Shown in pieces: positions 1 through 13,900 of a stretch of 64,000 bases of DNA. Position 1 is the first letter of the stretch. Each line of letters begins with the position of its first letter. Below the pieces are notes generated by a model. It made no database searches. It worked only from the letters and a program-made list of their open reading frames with translations, and was not told the origin of the DNA. Source of the DNA: Lingula anatina (lineage: Eukaryota; Animalia; Brachiopoda). The stretch lies in contig CM120641.1 of assembly GCA_051362555.1 (NCBI GenBank), forward strand, positions 17,236,001-17,300,000, in the 5' to 3' direction. The position numbers and the translations under genes were made by a program.

Positions 1-3000
1 GATCCTGTGCTCCAGAACTTTGTGGTAGATCAAGTATACCGACATCAATACCAAGCCAAGGGTGCCTACGATTTGCGCGTGAACGTTAGTAATCTGATGA
101 GTTCCATGGTGCTGAATGCAGCCATTGAGGTGTTTGAACCGGTTCAGGATATGCGCCTGTCCTCTGAGCCCGCCCACGCCACCGTTAACCAGCCAATCAC
201 ACTGAAGATCAAAATGTACAGAGGCGAACGCGTCAGGTTCTATGTTCACTTTGGGGATGACGCTACTGTACATGAATTTGACAGACAAGGTAACGCTGAT
301 CTTCATGATTTTTTCTGCAAATATCATGTTCAATGTTTATACATTTTCCTTTAGTAAGTGGCTAGATTTTCAAAAAAAAAAAGCTGTCTCTTCTGCACAA
401 TGTGTTTAAAAGATTCTGCACAATGAAAATCCAGTTATTAAAATGAAAAGATTGTTGTCACCTAATCTTGCCATTACTGAACCGCCGTGAACAACACCGA
501 TACTATTATATACAGATATGAACCATTTTATTTTTCTGTGCTTAATTTTTTTTATGTTGTAGGTGTAAGGTCTGAGGATGAAGACCTTCTCGACCACACG
601 TATACATATGTGGGGAACTACACCATAACCGTAACAGCCACTAGTCCCCTTGGTAACACTACAAAGACCTACTACATTGCTGTACAACACCCCGTCATTG
701 AGAGCGACTTTAGTGTTTCCTCATCTGCTCCTACTTTGGGAAGCTCTGGTGAGGCATTTCCATGATTAGATCTTATTAATTTGATTTTAGGTTTGTGGTC
801 AGGATAAATTTGGAGCTGCGTGTAGAAGTTAACGTATGCGCTTTCGTTATGTAGGCCCCTAAATTTCTGTTGTCCTATTCAGGAGATCTGAAGAATCAAT
901 CTTCATTCTTACTTGTTTAGCTTTCCGATGTCTCTTGCCAAGCCGTACAGCCGTTTTACCTCTTATTATTTGTCTCACACTTTCTTTTTATCAAAACCAC
1001 ATAAAACATACATTCCTTGTAAATTGACATGCGGTTTGCAATGTCATTTCCGAAAAAACGCAGTATGTTTTTGCAGATACATATATGGACAATTTATGTT
1101 TCAAGGTTATGTTGACATCACGGTGGTGTTCGCGGGCAGTACTGTGCCCACAGAGGCCGCTATTACCGTCCTGTGGGGGAGAGGAGGGCAGGCGTACACC
1201 CCTTTGGACTGCAGTACCTCTCCCTGCACACGAATTCTCCCCAGGCCCGTGAACTCGGGGGTTTACTCTTGCACAGTTATCATCTCCAACTTAGCTACCA
1301 GTGTGCAGTTCTCCGTGGATGTAAGTTAAGATTAAGAAATATATGTACCAAAATACAGTATATAGGCTTTGATATGTTATTTAGCAACAAATCAGACATG
1401 AACAAGTCAGACATGGGACAATTTCCAATAAGTGGGCACGAAAGGAATTTTTAAAAAAATTTCAACTATGTATATATATATTTTTTTCACTTTTTTAACT
1501 GTGTGTTTTATTAAATTTCCCTAAAAATATAAAAACATGAAACTACAGTATAACTGCATTAATAAGATAATTATCAACCTAAGTTATTGTATTTCCAGAC
1601 AAGTCTTTATGAAGAAATAACCTGGATATCTGCCAAAGCGATGTATCAGCCATTTATACCGATAGGTGGCCCAGACATCGAGGGGTTTGGCGGAGACACG
1701 TTTCCGCTGACAAGGGACGTTAAGTTCTACATCAATAACACCGGTACATAATGTAATGACATAATAATACATAGTATTTGTGAACGTTTTAGTCTGTTGA
1801 AATTAAGCAGAGCAAACAAAAGTGGCGCCACTAGAGACTTCACGATCGGGGCTAAATATGCCTGTAGCTATGATGTGTGTGTTTCACTACACTTGTTGCA
1901 AAAGATTAAAAAGTTCGATGTAAGACAGTGATGTCAAGTTTGGCGAGTTTTTTTTTTACCATTTTTGGCTCTTTTGCAACGCTCTTACCAAATCCAATGA
2001 CTTTTTGAAGACTGAATTTGAATCATATTTAGTAGGCAAAAGTATTCAGCAAACGAAGCAAAAATAAACTTTACTAAATGCTAGGTACTAAATGTACATA
2101 TTCCACTGTGATATGCATGCAGAAACTATTTTTCTACAAAAAGATTTGGTCTGCAAACAGGTTCATAAATTCATTGAGTTGGACTGGGCTGATTTATCTC
2201 GAATCACAGTAGGCTAAAATTTGGTCTTAAAGTTTACATGAACTTCCAGAGTTGAGGCGCCTGGTGTTGACGAGATATATCAGTAAACGCACATGCTAAT
2301 GTGTATGCCAGTACAATGAGGTAGCCGAAACTTATGTTACTTCCAGGTTTTGCTCCGTCCTTTTAAGTCAAAACGAAAAGGGGATGCATGTGTACATTAT
2401 ATACAGTTTTGTGATACATAATCTCTGTTTTCTAGGCATCGTTGAAAAAGTCGATATCACTGCTTACACAGATGACATAAGTCATGTCGTCCAATGTGTC
2501 AAGTCAGATAACCCGCCGGCAGTGCTGTTCCCAGCGGTAGGAATCTGTACCAGGCCTACCCAACTACCAGACTCGGCACATAAGAATCCCGAATTAACCG
2601 GTATATCGGACCAAACTACCCGTTTTCAAGGTGTGTGTCAGATCGCATTTCGGAGTATCAGTCAGAATACCGACAGGATGAGCCCGCGGTCATCCTACAA
2701 AATTTGTTCTTGGGTATGATACTCCGAAATGCGATCTGACACACACCTTGAAAACGGGTAGTGTGGTCCAATATACCGGTTAATTCGGGATCCTTATGTG
2801 CCGAGTCTGGTAGTTGGTTAGGCCTGTGTATAGACATATTTAAGTCATTTGATGAAACTCGTGTATGATAAAGGGAATGTATATAAAAGATCGCAACTGA
2901 GAGTTTAACTCAATATTACAAACGACATGCTTTACTTTTATCTACCTGTATCTAATAAATTTACCTGTTTTTTTTCAAATAAATTCAATCTTCTTTTCAT

Positions 3001-6000
3001 TGTAGGTTGGTAGTTATACAGTGAATATAACTGCCCAGAATCCATTCAGTGCAGCGAGCACCGCTCTCAACATTAACATCTTTGAACCTGTAGAGATCTC
3101 TGATATCTACGATGATGGCAGAGTGCGTGCGCCAGGAGAGAACAAAACTGTAGACATCCTTCTGAAGTCAAGGGGCACAGACTCCTGCGTTTACATTGAA
3201 TTCGATGGGATTCGATTTGCTTCGTTCGGCTCCCGAGCGAGATGTGCCTCGGTCGGAAATACAACTTACAAGGGCGCCATAACCAGTAGCTTGATTTCAG
3301 TCACCACGACGTTTGAGGAAAGCGGACGGAAGCAGATGGTCGTGCACGGATTTAATGAATGGTCCAACGAAACCCGTACGTTCAGTTTTACTATTTCCTA
3401 TATAGACTGTGTACCTCCATATGTCCAGATTTCCCAACCAGCTCCTGATTTCTTCAAGCCGAGGATCGAATATAAAAGTAGCTATTTTAACCTTCAGGGG
3501 ATAACTGAAGTCAACTGTGGGGTTACTTTGCGCAATTCCAAACAGTGGACTGCTCATCAAGTCGACGAGAGAACAGGAGATATTATAAGAGAAATAACAT
3601 TAGATGAGATATCTTCGGCAAAAGAAGCCGAGATTGCATTAAAGCCTCATTTTCTAGATTACGGTGTCTTCAAATTCTCTTTTACAACCCGAATGCTTTT
3701 GGACCAGTCTTCTGGTAACGACGACTTTTCGAACTCCGCATTCACATACGTAAGGGTGATGGAAACTCCTATCGTTGTTGCGGCTATTGATCAAGTTTCC
3801 AGTAAGATTCGTCTGGGACATGGTAGAATTCTGACATTAAAACCCGGCACTTACTCAAAAGACCCGGACCTGGACCCAGACAAACCTCAGGTAAAATGTT
3901 CAGAATGTCGGTGCCCAATTTTTTAGCGTCACTCATGTTTTCTCACAACCTTAATATAGAATTTAGGAGATGTTTTAAGTATCCTTCCTTCGATTTTTTT
4001 TATTTTTCGTGGAGAAAGCATCGCTCATATTTCTCAATTCACACAAAACCAATCATTTTTGTCCCAACAGAACTTCACTGGATTCGAATACCTGTGTCGG
4101 CAAGTCGGAGAGAATTTCAAAGTTCCTGCTGGGGGCTTGGTACCGTACGATGTCTTACGAAGGAACATTAGCGATCAAGGGGACCCCGCAAATGGCACTA
4201 ACTTAGGTGGATGTTTTGGGGATGGACCAGGTTTTATCAACGGTTCATCAGGGGAGTTAAGTATTAACACCACCGATGTGAGAATAAACACAACTTATGA
4301 GGTCTTTGTGGTCGCATATAAAGGGAGCCGAAAGGGATACACCGTGTTACTGGTAGACATTGTGGAAGGCGATCCTCCAGAGGTCGCTATAAGGTGAGTC
4401 GCAGACGTGTTTAAACCGGAGATCTTGAATCTGAAAGGGGTAGGCAAGCTTTTTTTCAGTATTTCAGCGTTTTTGATAATACAAATAATTTTAGAAGCAG
4501 AAACGAGCATGTGCCCCTTCGTCATTTCCTTCCTCTCCTTAAAGCCAGCTTGGTTTTGCCTGGCAAAGGAAGAAATAACCTCAGCATGTATAACTGCACT
4601 TCGGATTCGATTTCAGATGTACATGTACTTGACTTCTCAAACTATGCGATTTTGAATTTAACTTACCTCACGTAAAGCTTCTTTTTCAAATGAAGATTAT
4701 TTACTTTTGTAAAGAAAAGAGTATGCGGCTATTTAAAAAGGTCAACAGTAATGTTAATATCAAAAGGAAAAAGACAAAGTACTACATTCTAAATATAACT
4801 GGCGCCATGTTTTGTCAGGTGCGGTGTTGGGGATACAGTAACATGTAGCCCTGCCATGAACAGTCAAGTGGTCCCCTGGCGTTCGCGAATCGCTCTCACC
4901 AGTGAATGTTTATATGGTTGCTATGGTGGTAATTTACATTATGAATGGGATCTCGAGGTAGAAAGCCAAGAGGGAGAATTCACCATTTGGCATAAGATTG
5001 CTGCTCCTGAAAATTATTTTGACAGCCATAACGGTAAGTCACTAAGAACGTGTGTATTTTGACAGAAGCGTTGCTGAATCCATTTCCAGATACAATACAA
5101 TACTGTAAAAATCCTTTCATACCGCACTGCATTTTCCCAGGGTTTTATGTTTTCTTGCAATAAAGCCCCTATGCGAAATCATCATACACGAATGTATTTT
5201 CTTCATTTATGTCTTCTCAATAAAAAATGTTAATCTTTATATACAACTTGCCGTTGTTGTGAATATGCGTTACAGAACATAAGTGATATGTTCCAAAAAA
5301 TAACCGGTGTCTTTCGACAATTTACGTAATACAACATACCCCTTATTTTTTTTAGGAAGCTCGTCCAGTACTATCAGTATAAAGGCAGACATATTCACCG
5401 TCACAACCAACGTCACCAAGATAAGGGTAAAACTGGAAGCCAGCAGAATCGGCTCCTCGCGGAGTGGTCTGGCAGAACTTGTTCTTAAAGTGAACCCCCC
5501 ACCGCAGGGCGGTTATTGCTCAGCAGGACCAAATATATCGGAGGCCACTGCAGCAAAGAATTGGACTGTAAATTGCACCAACTGGCATGACAACGATGGA
5601 ATAGCCTCATACACTTTTTACAGTAAGCATAAAAATTATACATGAATAGTATATTAACCAGTTTAAAAAGAAGTTTAAAAAAGGAGATGATGTGCAACTA
5701 TGTGTACAGCTATATTTTGGTGATGCCAAAATCTTTACAGTAAACAGTCCAATCAGAAGCGATATATAGCGCACATTTGAAACTGTTTTGAATTCCATAC
5801 GTAATAGCCATCTGGATCTGGATCTTTTTAAAATTTGTTTTGGAGATCTGATTGAGTATTTTTGTTGATATTTTTATGCTGGAACACATGAACACAGTTA
5901 ACGACAAATATAAATTTGAAAGATGTCTTGGTTTCCAACCAGCCAGTTACACAAAAGATAACGTCGTTGACAAACGATACAGTTCATAGGGCATGGTATC

Positions 6001-7737
6001 TTTTACAGCAATACTGGACGGCTCCAGCGATCCCAAGATACTAGGTATGAAGACCACGGGTTTGCTCCAAACCTCCATGCCACTAGGTCCATCTTCCCAC
6101 GATTACTGGATGACAGTCTACGTCAATATATCGGACACTAAAGGCAGCACCACAAACGTGGAAGCAGGCCGGATACAGGTAAATCGATGACTCAGTTTTT
6201 TTATGCGGTTGTGTTTATACAAGGTATGACTTGACTATTGACACGCGCTTCTAGAAAAAAAGAAGTCTTTTATGGCATACGAGTTAAGATATTTAGTTAG
6301 AGAATAGGTGTATGGTAACATTTTTGCGTTGTTGTTGATAGAATAGCACCCAAACTCCACGTTTCAATTTGTTATTGTATTTTTTTCACACAAAGCAACT
6401 TAAATATCCGTTAAACGCATTTTAACATCAAATTCCTTTACAAAGCAAGTTCCGACTCCTAATATATCTTTTTGATGAATATCGTTATATGAGAACACCG
6501 TGGATTTCCGCAATATTTTCATGCTTTAGGTGAACCCAGTGTCTGCATCAGAGGCTTCAGCTTTGTGTGACAGGCTGTCTGCTCCTGGTGACCAGAATCC
6601 GTTGTCAGAAATAGAGGCCAACGGCAACCTGGACGACACTGCACAGTCAATACTGTCATGGGCATCGATTATTAACAGTCAAGGATGTATCGGGGGTAGT
6701 TAAAGCAGATTTTGTTATTATTTAACACTGTTATATTAGATTTAAATGATGTGTGTATATTCATGTATGTCCATACATGAAAGGTTGTATTAGGTTACCT
6801 TACGTACATGTATGATTCCAGGATTTTTCTTTGCAGATGAAGGCGCAGGAACGGGAACGGGGACATCGGTAAGATATCAGAGCAATTTGGGAAAGGATAT
6901 TTATTTTAAGAAATGTTTAAATTATCTCTTTTGTGTTTAAATTCTATGCATAATTGCCTTACGTTTTGTTTAGTAATGTATCCAAAGTTCCATATTTTCA
7001 GGCTCAGAATAGAACCGATGAAGAAAATGAAAACATTCGTCAAACTGGCGCTGACGTAAGTTGTGAGAAAAGTAAATAAATTCATCCCTTTACATTAGAA
7101 GATCGGTTATCGTTCTTTTTATTCTATTTCAAATTCAGAGACATAATTTAATTATTTCGTGGTTTTAATGCCACCATTTACTATTAGGAAAGACGAATAA
7201 TTTACTGTTCTTCTCAGATCCGGAAGCAAATGATAGCTGCAATAAATGCAACCCCTTCAGAAACACCTAGTCAGGTGATAATCAAAGCTAGCACCCTGGC
7301 CCCCGTGCTGAGCAAACCCTCTGAAATACACCGAGAAAGTCAAGTAAGTAAGCAGAGTTTAAAAGTTATAAAAAACGGTGTATCAGTTTAGTCAGTTATT
7401 AGAATTTCTTCTATGTTTGTGCAATGCTCCTGAATTGAATTCTTAGATAATGATAACAGGAGTCTAGAAGGAAAACACCAGGGCTTAATAATGCTTTTGA
7501 ACTACTTGTACGTGAAAAAGAAACCATTAACTAGTTTAGACTTGTTTTTTAATTTTCATTGAACCCATTTGTATAACGATCTGTTTTAGGAAGTCGTCGT
7601 GGAAGTCATCCAATCTTTTGTCAAATGCCTCGAAGATTTCTCAGAAGACTTGACAATAGAGGAGACTGTTACATTAGTTAATTTAATTCTTGGTACCATG
7701 GGAAACATCCTGGAGGTATATTTTCTTCCCCCCCCCC

Positions 7738-7813
<76 letters not shown>

Positions 7814-7883
7814 CTATCCCCTCCTTTTACATGTATCTCTCGCTCTTCTTCTTATCTTTCTTTATTGGCTTAATACCTCTCTC

Positions 7884-7930
<47 letters not shown>

Positions 7931-10900
7931 TTGAATCTGTGCCCTCCTATTCTCTTTCGCTCTTCTTCTTATCTCTCTCTCTCGCTCGCTCGCTCTCGTC
8001 CTGATGCGCTCTCTCTCTCCTACTGACTCAACCGCATTTGCATTATTCTTTCAGACAACAACGATTCATCTCCAAAATCCATTAAAGAAAGATGTTGAGG
8101 AATCTCTGAAAACTGCATTTTACAACACGGACTTGGAGGACACTAAGTTAAAAAGTATTTCCATAATTTATTTTATGTGTGAATATAACCTTCTTAGCAT
8201 AGATGATTATGAAATATTATATGAATATTATCACTCTTTGTTTCATTTAGTTTTAAGGACACTGTTGTATTTAACTTTTTTACTATCCATATTTGTCCAT
8301 TCAGTAATTTCTGTACAATACAATAGCAACTTATTTACATGTATAAATTTACTCATTTAAGCAAGTGTACATTCATTTTTACAGATACATCATTCTAATT
8401 CATTTTTCGTTTTTATATCTATCTAATTCTATTTATTCATGTATATTTTTGTTAAATTTAAATGATACTGAATTACATTTTAGAGATTACTCATGACTGG
8501 TCATTATTCATTATTTCAGACATAGATGGATTGTCAGCGAAGGATGCCGTGAACGGTTTTGCAAAAATGACAAACAATGACAACCAAAAGGAAGTGGTAA
8601 GATCAAGGATATATTGGTACAAAATAAAACCTCATTTTAGCAGAATTGGCCAAAGATTATTCACAATATGTTGCATTAAAGAAAGGTGGGTTTAATTTGC
8701 GAAATACATGGCTAATGAATATATAACTACCCACGCTTTTATTCCATTGCCATTGAACAAACTTATGCAGTACAGGCGAGATGACACTGATAAAAGTTAA
8801 GTCAGATTTGGAGTTAATAATGTTGGGAGTATTTATTAATTAATTTATTTATTTATTGCAATTATCATCGCTTTGCCACGTTGTACATTTTATGTTAACT
8901 ATTAACATATATCAGGAATTCTCAATTGCCTTGGCAGACTGGCGAAAAAAATTATCCTGACGCAATGTTTGAACAACAACAACAATAATAAAAACAATGA
9001 TAATATTTCCATCTCCATGCAAAGTAAATTGAACTGTAATACATGCATTACCTTTCCACTGACAGGCAGATGGTGCTTGGACAAAGATGACGAAGAGTAT
9101 GGACAGTGTTCTGAGTATCCTCTCAAATAAGATGGTCCTCGGGGAACCGACGTACACCCTAGAGACTCCGGACATGACGGTGATACTAGTGAAGAGTACC
9201 GCCACTGACCTCGAAAATCTGGACCAACCCTTGGTCAATTTTCACCCGGGGTCATTGGCAGGGTTGGATGGAGGTGACGGTCTGTCTTTACAGGTGAGTT
9301 GATTTAAAGAGTCACACTAAGCGTTCATCGCGTTCATCAATGAGCTGGCCTACCGGATATGAGTGTGAGCTAGGTGGACATATTCCAATAATTAGACTGA
9401 CCTTAAAAACGACGCATCAATGATCAGTCGTTTTGTTTGTGTATTTGCAATAATATGTTATTAAAATTCTATACACACTAGACAAACACACCTAAATAGC
9501 ATCGCAGTTTAAAAAATTGTGTCAGTCTTGAGATTAAATTCATTTTCCATAATTTGGACCATTTCAGATAGTAGAATTCAATTTCAACCCAGTCGAGTTC
9601 CTGGAGAGCAGTGTCAGTGCCTTGGTCTCTAACGTCTCCAAGGGCGTCTACATAGACATCCTGGATAATGCAAGCAGGATAGTAGAAGTATCCCACACCC
9701 AGGAACCCATAGAGATCATGGTGAAGAGGGACCACACGGCACCGATCCCTGAGCCTTTCTATGTCACTGCGTCACAAAGTCCAATGAGTAAATATGACAG
9801 GTTATCCTACAGGTCGCTGTGGGTGAACGAGACAGACGTGTCCCTTCATATTGAGATCGTCCCTGAGGAACAGGTCACCTTCCTTGTGCTTGTCAGGCAC
9901 GAGACGGCGCCACAGCTTGAAGAGGGGGGCTTTGACGCTTGGCAACTCGTCCCGAGCGTTCGATTAGCCAAGAACGGTACGATGCTGCTGTCCTTATCGA
10001 TTAAAGCATGATATGAATTATGTTTACTGCATTTCCATTACAGAGTAAACCGTTGGGAAATGCACTAGTTCCAAAAAACAACTAAGGTTATATTTGGCAT
10101 AACATTCGCCAGGATATACTGCACAAAGCCATTTCGTTTCCTCGTCCTCTTCTGTAAATAAAAGTTGACAACACAATCAAATCAAGGGTAAGAAACCATT
10201 TAGCTTTTGTGTTCCATTTCGAAAAACAACGAGCCCGTAAATTCATTGTGCGTCAGTGCATCATCATTTTTACAGGCATGGCTTTGAATAGCTACGAGGT
10301 ATTTATGGACAGTGTGGGCAACAAAACAGGAAAATACTTCATCGGCCTGAGACAGCTACTGCCCAATGAGACGGACATGTATGGGACAGACTGGGCTGAC
10401 TTTCAAGGAAATTTCACGCAGCCGTTTACTGGGGTGAACGAGATCACCACTAACTACACCATGCGTGTCTACACCTCTTCATGTTTATTCGTCAAGCGGC
10501 TAGCGCCGAATCTTAGAAAAGATGGATGTGTTGTAAGTGAACCAGTTAATCCATTAACCAAGACATAATGTGAATTTGAGAACAAATTATTTTTGTGCCA
10601 ATTGTAATGCATTGATTTCTCAAACGATGCATAGTGGGCTTAACTCGTTATATTTTAATACGTATACACGGGTAACTCGAGAAATACATGGCTTGAATAT
10701 ATATTTAGTATTACACATCTTTTGAAAGCTTCTACAAATGCGTGTACATCAAGCATCAAATTCTACCGAATGAGGACCGAATAACATGACGTGAATATGT
10801 CTTTAACATAAAACATCAAAACGAAACGAGAATGGGGATTTTAACTGGATGGATTTCATTTTTTTATTTCAGGTCGGCAATGCAACCACACATGACGTGA

Positions 10901-13900
10901 CCCAGTGTCTGTGTAACCATCTTACCACGTTCCTTGGCGGCTGGGTTGTTATGCCGAACACTATTGACTGGAACTTTGTGTTCTCGGGAGCAGCTTCCTT
11001 CGATAAAAACGCAACCCTTTACATTACTGAAATCATCATAGGGGTCATATACATACTGATGGCAATTTGGGCAAGACGACAGGACAAGAAAGATATTGAA
11101 AAGGTATTTAACGTAAAACCTTAAACATAATTCTTATCTCACTCATTTGATTGTCTAAGTTAATCCGTACTTAAGTGTATTAATTACACTGATTCCAATA
11201 ATTAAATTAATCATCAACGACCAAGAAAAAATCCTGTTAAACATTTTTCTTACTTTTTTTTCAGTTGGGAGTCACTCCCCTACTGGACAACGACCCAAGC
11301 GCCCACTATCTGTACGAGGTCGTTGTGTTCACTGGCTTGCGCAGGGATGCGGGGACAGAATCCAAGGTAAGGTCACCTTTATCTTATATCATCCTTGATT
11401 TTAAGTAAGCAGATAAATTATGAAGTTTTTTAGATGTTTAAAACACTTTAATTATAAGATTACATATTACATAGAATCATCTTATCATCAAACATCTTAT
11501 TTGTAACGTAGATATTCGCGCTATGACCAGAAACAAATATATAAGTTTGACTACCTTAAAATTTGTGTAAACAATGATTTTATTTTCCTGTCGATCCTGG
11601 ATATGGCAATATGAAAAATCCTATCCAAGGAATTTGCAAACCGTTTGTTTTAAAAGGTTCATATATTGGTTAGAAGTACCTTGCAGGCTCTGTCGGTGAA
11701 TACACACGTACGTTGTATTGCAAAAAAAGTTTATCAATTTTGTGTGAACTTGTTATACCCTTTTTTTTGGGGGGGGGGCGGTAATGCTTCAGTTATAGCA
11801 TGATGAAGCTATACGCAATTTCTGAGTCTGCAGATTTTCTAGAATTTTAATCAATTGGAATACATTTTTACTCGAAAGCAGCAAGGAATATTAGTTTCAA
11901 GAGGAAAACAAATGCCATGTTAATAAAGTCCTCCATTTTTACCACTCCAGGTGTGTTTCATTCTCTCTGGGGAGCACGACGAGACTGATGTTCGTGTTTT
12001 GTCCGATGACAAGCGTTCGGTGTTCAAGCGAGGTGCCGTCGATCGTTTCTTGCTGGCGGTCACAAGGTGAAATCCCTAAAATCCTTACCTTAATTAAAAC
12101 ACTATTTATAAAGCGATACAGTATTTTAACTCATAGGAAGCGAATTACAAAAATTTCCTCAAACTGATTTTCAGAGCTTTCCGTTTTATATCCGATGTCA
12201 ATCACACCCTGTACCTGTTTTTTAAATGTCCTTGTTTAACCGCAGTTGTCGGTTCATTATTTAACTTTTTATTCAAGTGTCGCCGCGTCTAGTGTAGCAT
12301 CATGTATTCTGAAACATTTCCATATAATATTGTACATTTCCTGCTTTATGATATTCTGTAAAAATTGGGAAATATTCAGCTGCACGAATATTTAAATCCT
12401 GTTTAACGGACTATTTCTTTCTTCACTCAGGCCCCTTGGCACACTTAACTACGCCCGGATTTGGCATGACAACTCTGGCAGGGGGAAATTTGCGTCATGG
12501 TACCTCAAGTATTTCCTGGTCATAGACCTGCAAACAAAAGAGAAGTACTACTTCATATGTAACCGTTGGTTTGCTGTGGAAGAAGATGACGGCCAGGTCA
12601 GATAATGTTCTTTTTTAATTTTGAAGATTGTTATCAAATAGTGTTATACGTAAAAAGTATCTTCCATCTTTTCGCTGCTGGATTTTCCTAATTAATGGAA
12701 AATATTTAATGGCAAATATTTAATAATATTATGATGGCATTTAAGAGCAGTATCAGAGGAACGGCGATAACACACTTTCCATGAGAAGATATTTAGGCTG
12801 AGAGCATTTTGGTAAACCATTCTTTACTCTTTAATTTTCAAGTTAATAATCCAATTTAATAAGATAATCATATAACAATAAAAACTGCCGATTTATTTTC
12901 TCCTCAGGTTGACCGTCTCATCCCGGTAGCCGGCAGAGAACAGATGGCAGAGTTCGGACACCTCTTTACCAAGACAACACAGAAGAATCTTGGCGATGGC
13001 CATCTGTGGTTCTCTGTCATCGCTCGTCCAGCACAGAGTCGTTTCACTAGACTACAGCGAGTGTCCTGCTGCCTCTGTTTGTTATTTTTGACCATGCTGA
13101 CCAGCGCTATGTTCTATGGTCAGGTTCCCGAAAGCCCGGGGGCCAATGCCATTACTTTTGGGCCATTTAGTCTTTCTCCCGAGCAGGTAGGCTATGATGT
13201 AGCGTACAATGCTACTTGTAAAGTTTGATTTATAACATTGTCTGTCGGTGGAAAAGCAGCTTGATGATATTTGATTCGATTTAATTTAAAACTACATGTT
13301 TATGGTGTTATCATGAAGACACCCTTTCCCCATTGGTCATTTACTCTCATAAATTAGAACTAAAATTTTATTCTTGGCCGTTGCGAATTTCAAATTGAAC
13401 AGATTTTTGCCGTTTTTCTTTTTCAGATTTTCGTCGGAATAATTGGAACTGTCATCGTTTTCCCGGTGAATTTATTGATCATCACTTTGTTTCGAAAATC
13501 TCGCCCGAGAAAGAAGCGCCCATCTCGTATTAAGGCGGCCATGCAGAGAAATGTCCTAAACCAGGGTAGCGCGTCTCTGAACTCCGCGGCTATGTCCACA
13601 GAGACACTAATTCACACCCATACCCATCCAGAGAAAAACCAAATAGCTGACTGGAACAGGGGAGGCGCCTCCACCTCAACAGTGTATACCAATGTCTCAT
13701 TTAAGGCACGTCCAGACACATCCTTTTCTAGTGAAATTGAAAAACTGGAAAAGTCGATCACACATCCCCACGAAGACTATCTACAAACTGGCAAGAAAAA
13801 GAAGAAATTTGAACTCCCATGGTGGTGTAGAATTGTTGCCTGGGTTATCTTGTGGATATGTGTGTTTGGCGCCGCTGCTATGGTAACTTTCTTCGGTATT

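Noticed and set aside
1800-2368. Possible TTAA-flanked element in the intron after exon 1599-1743
   Set aside because: Only a short, poor similarity between ends (ttaagcagagcaaa versus ttttgctccgtccttttaa); not enough to call.
7690-8004. ORFs rich in SL/CV repeats
   Set aside because: Translation of CT/GT microsatellites.
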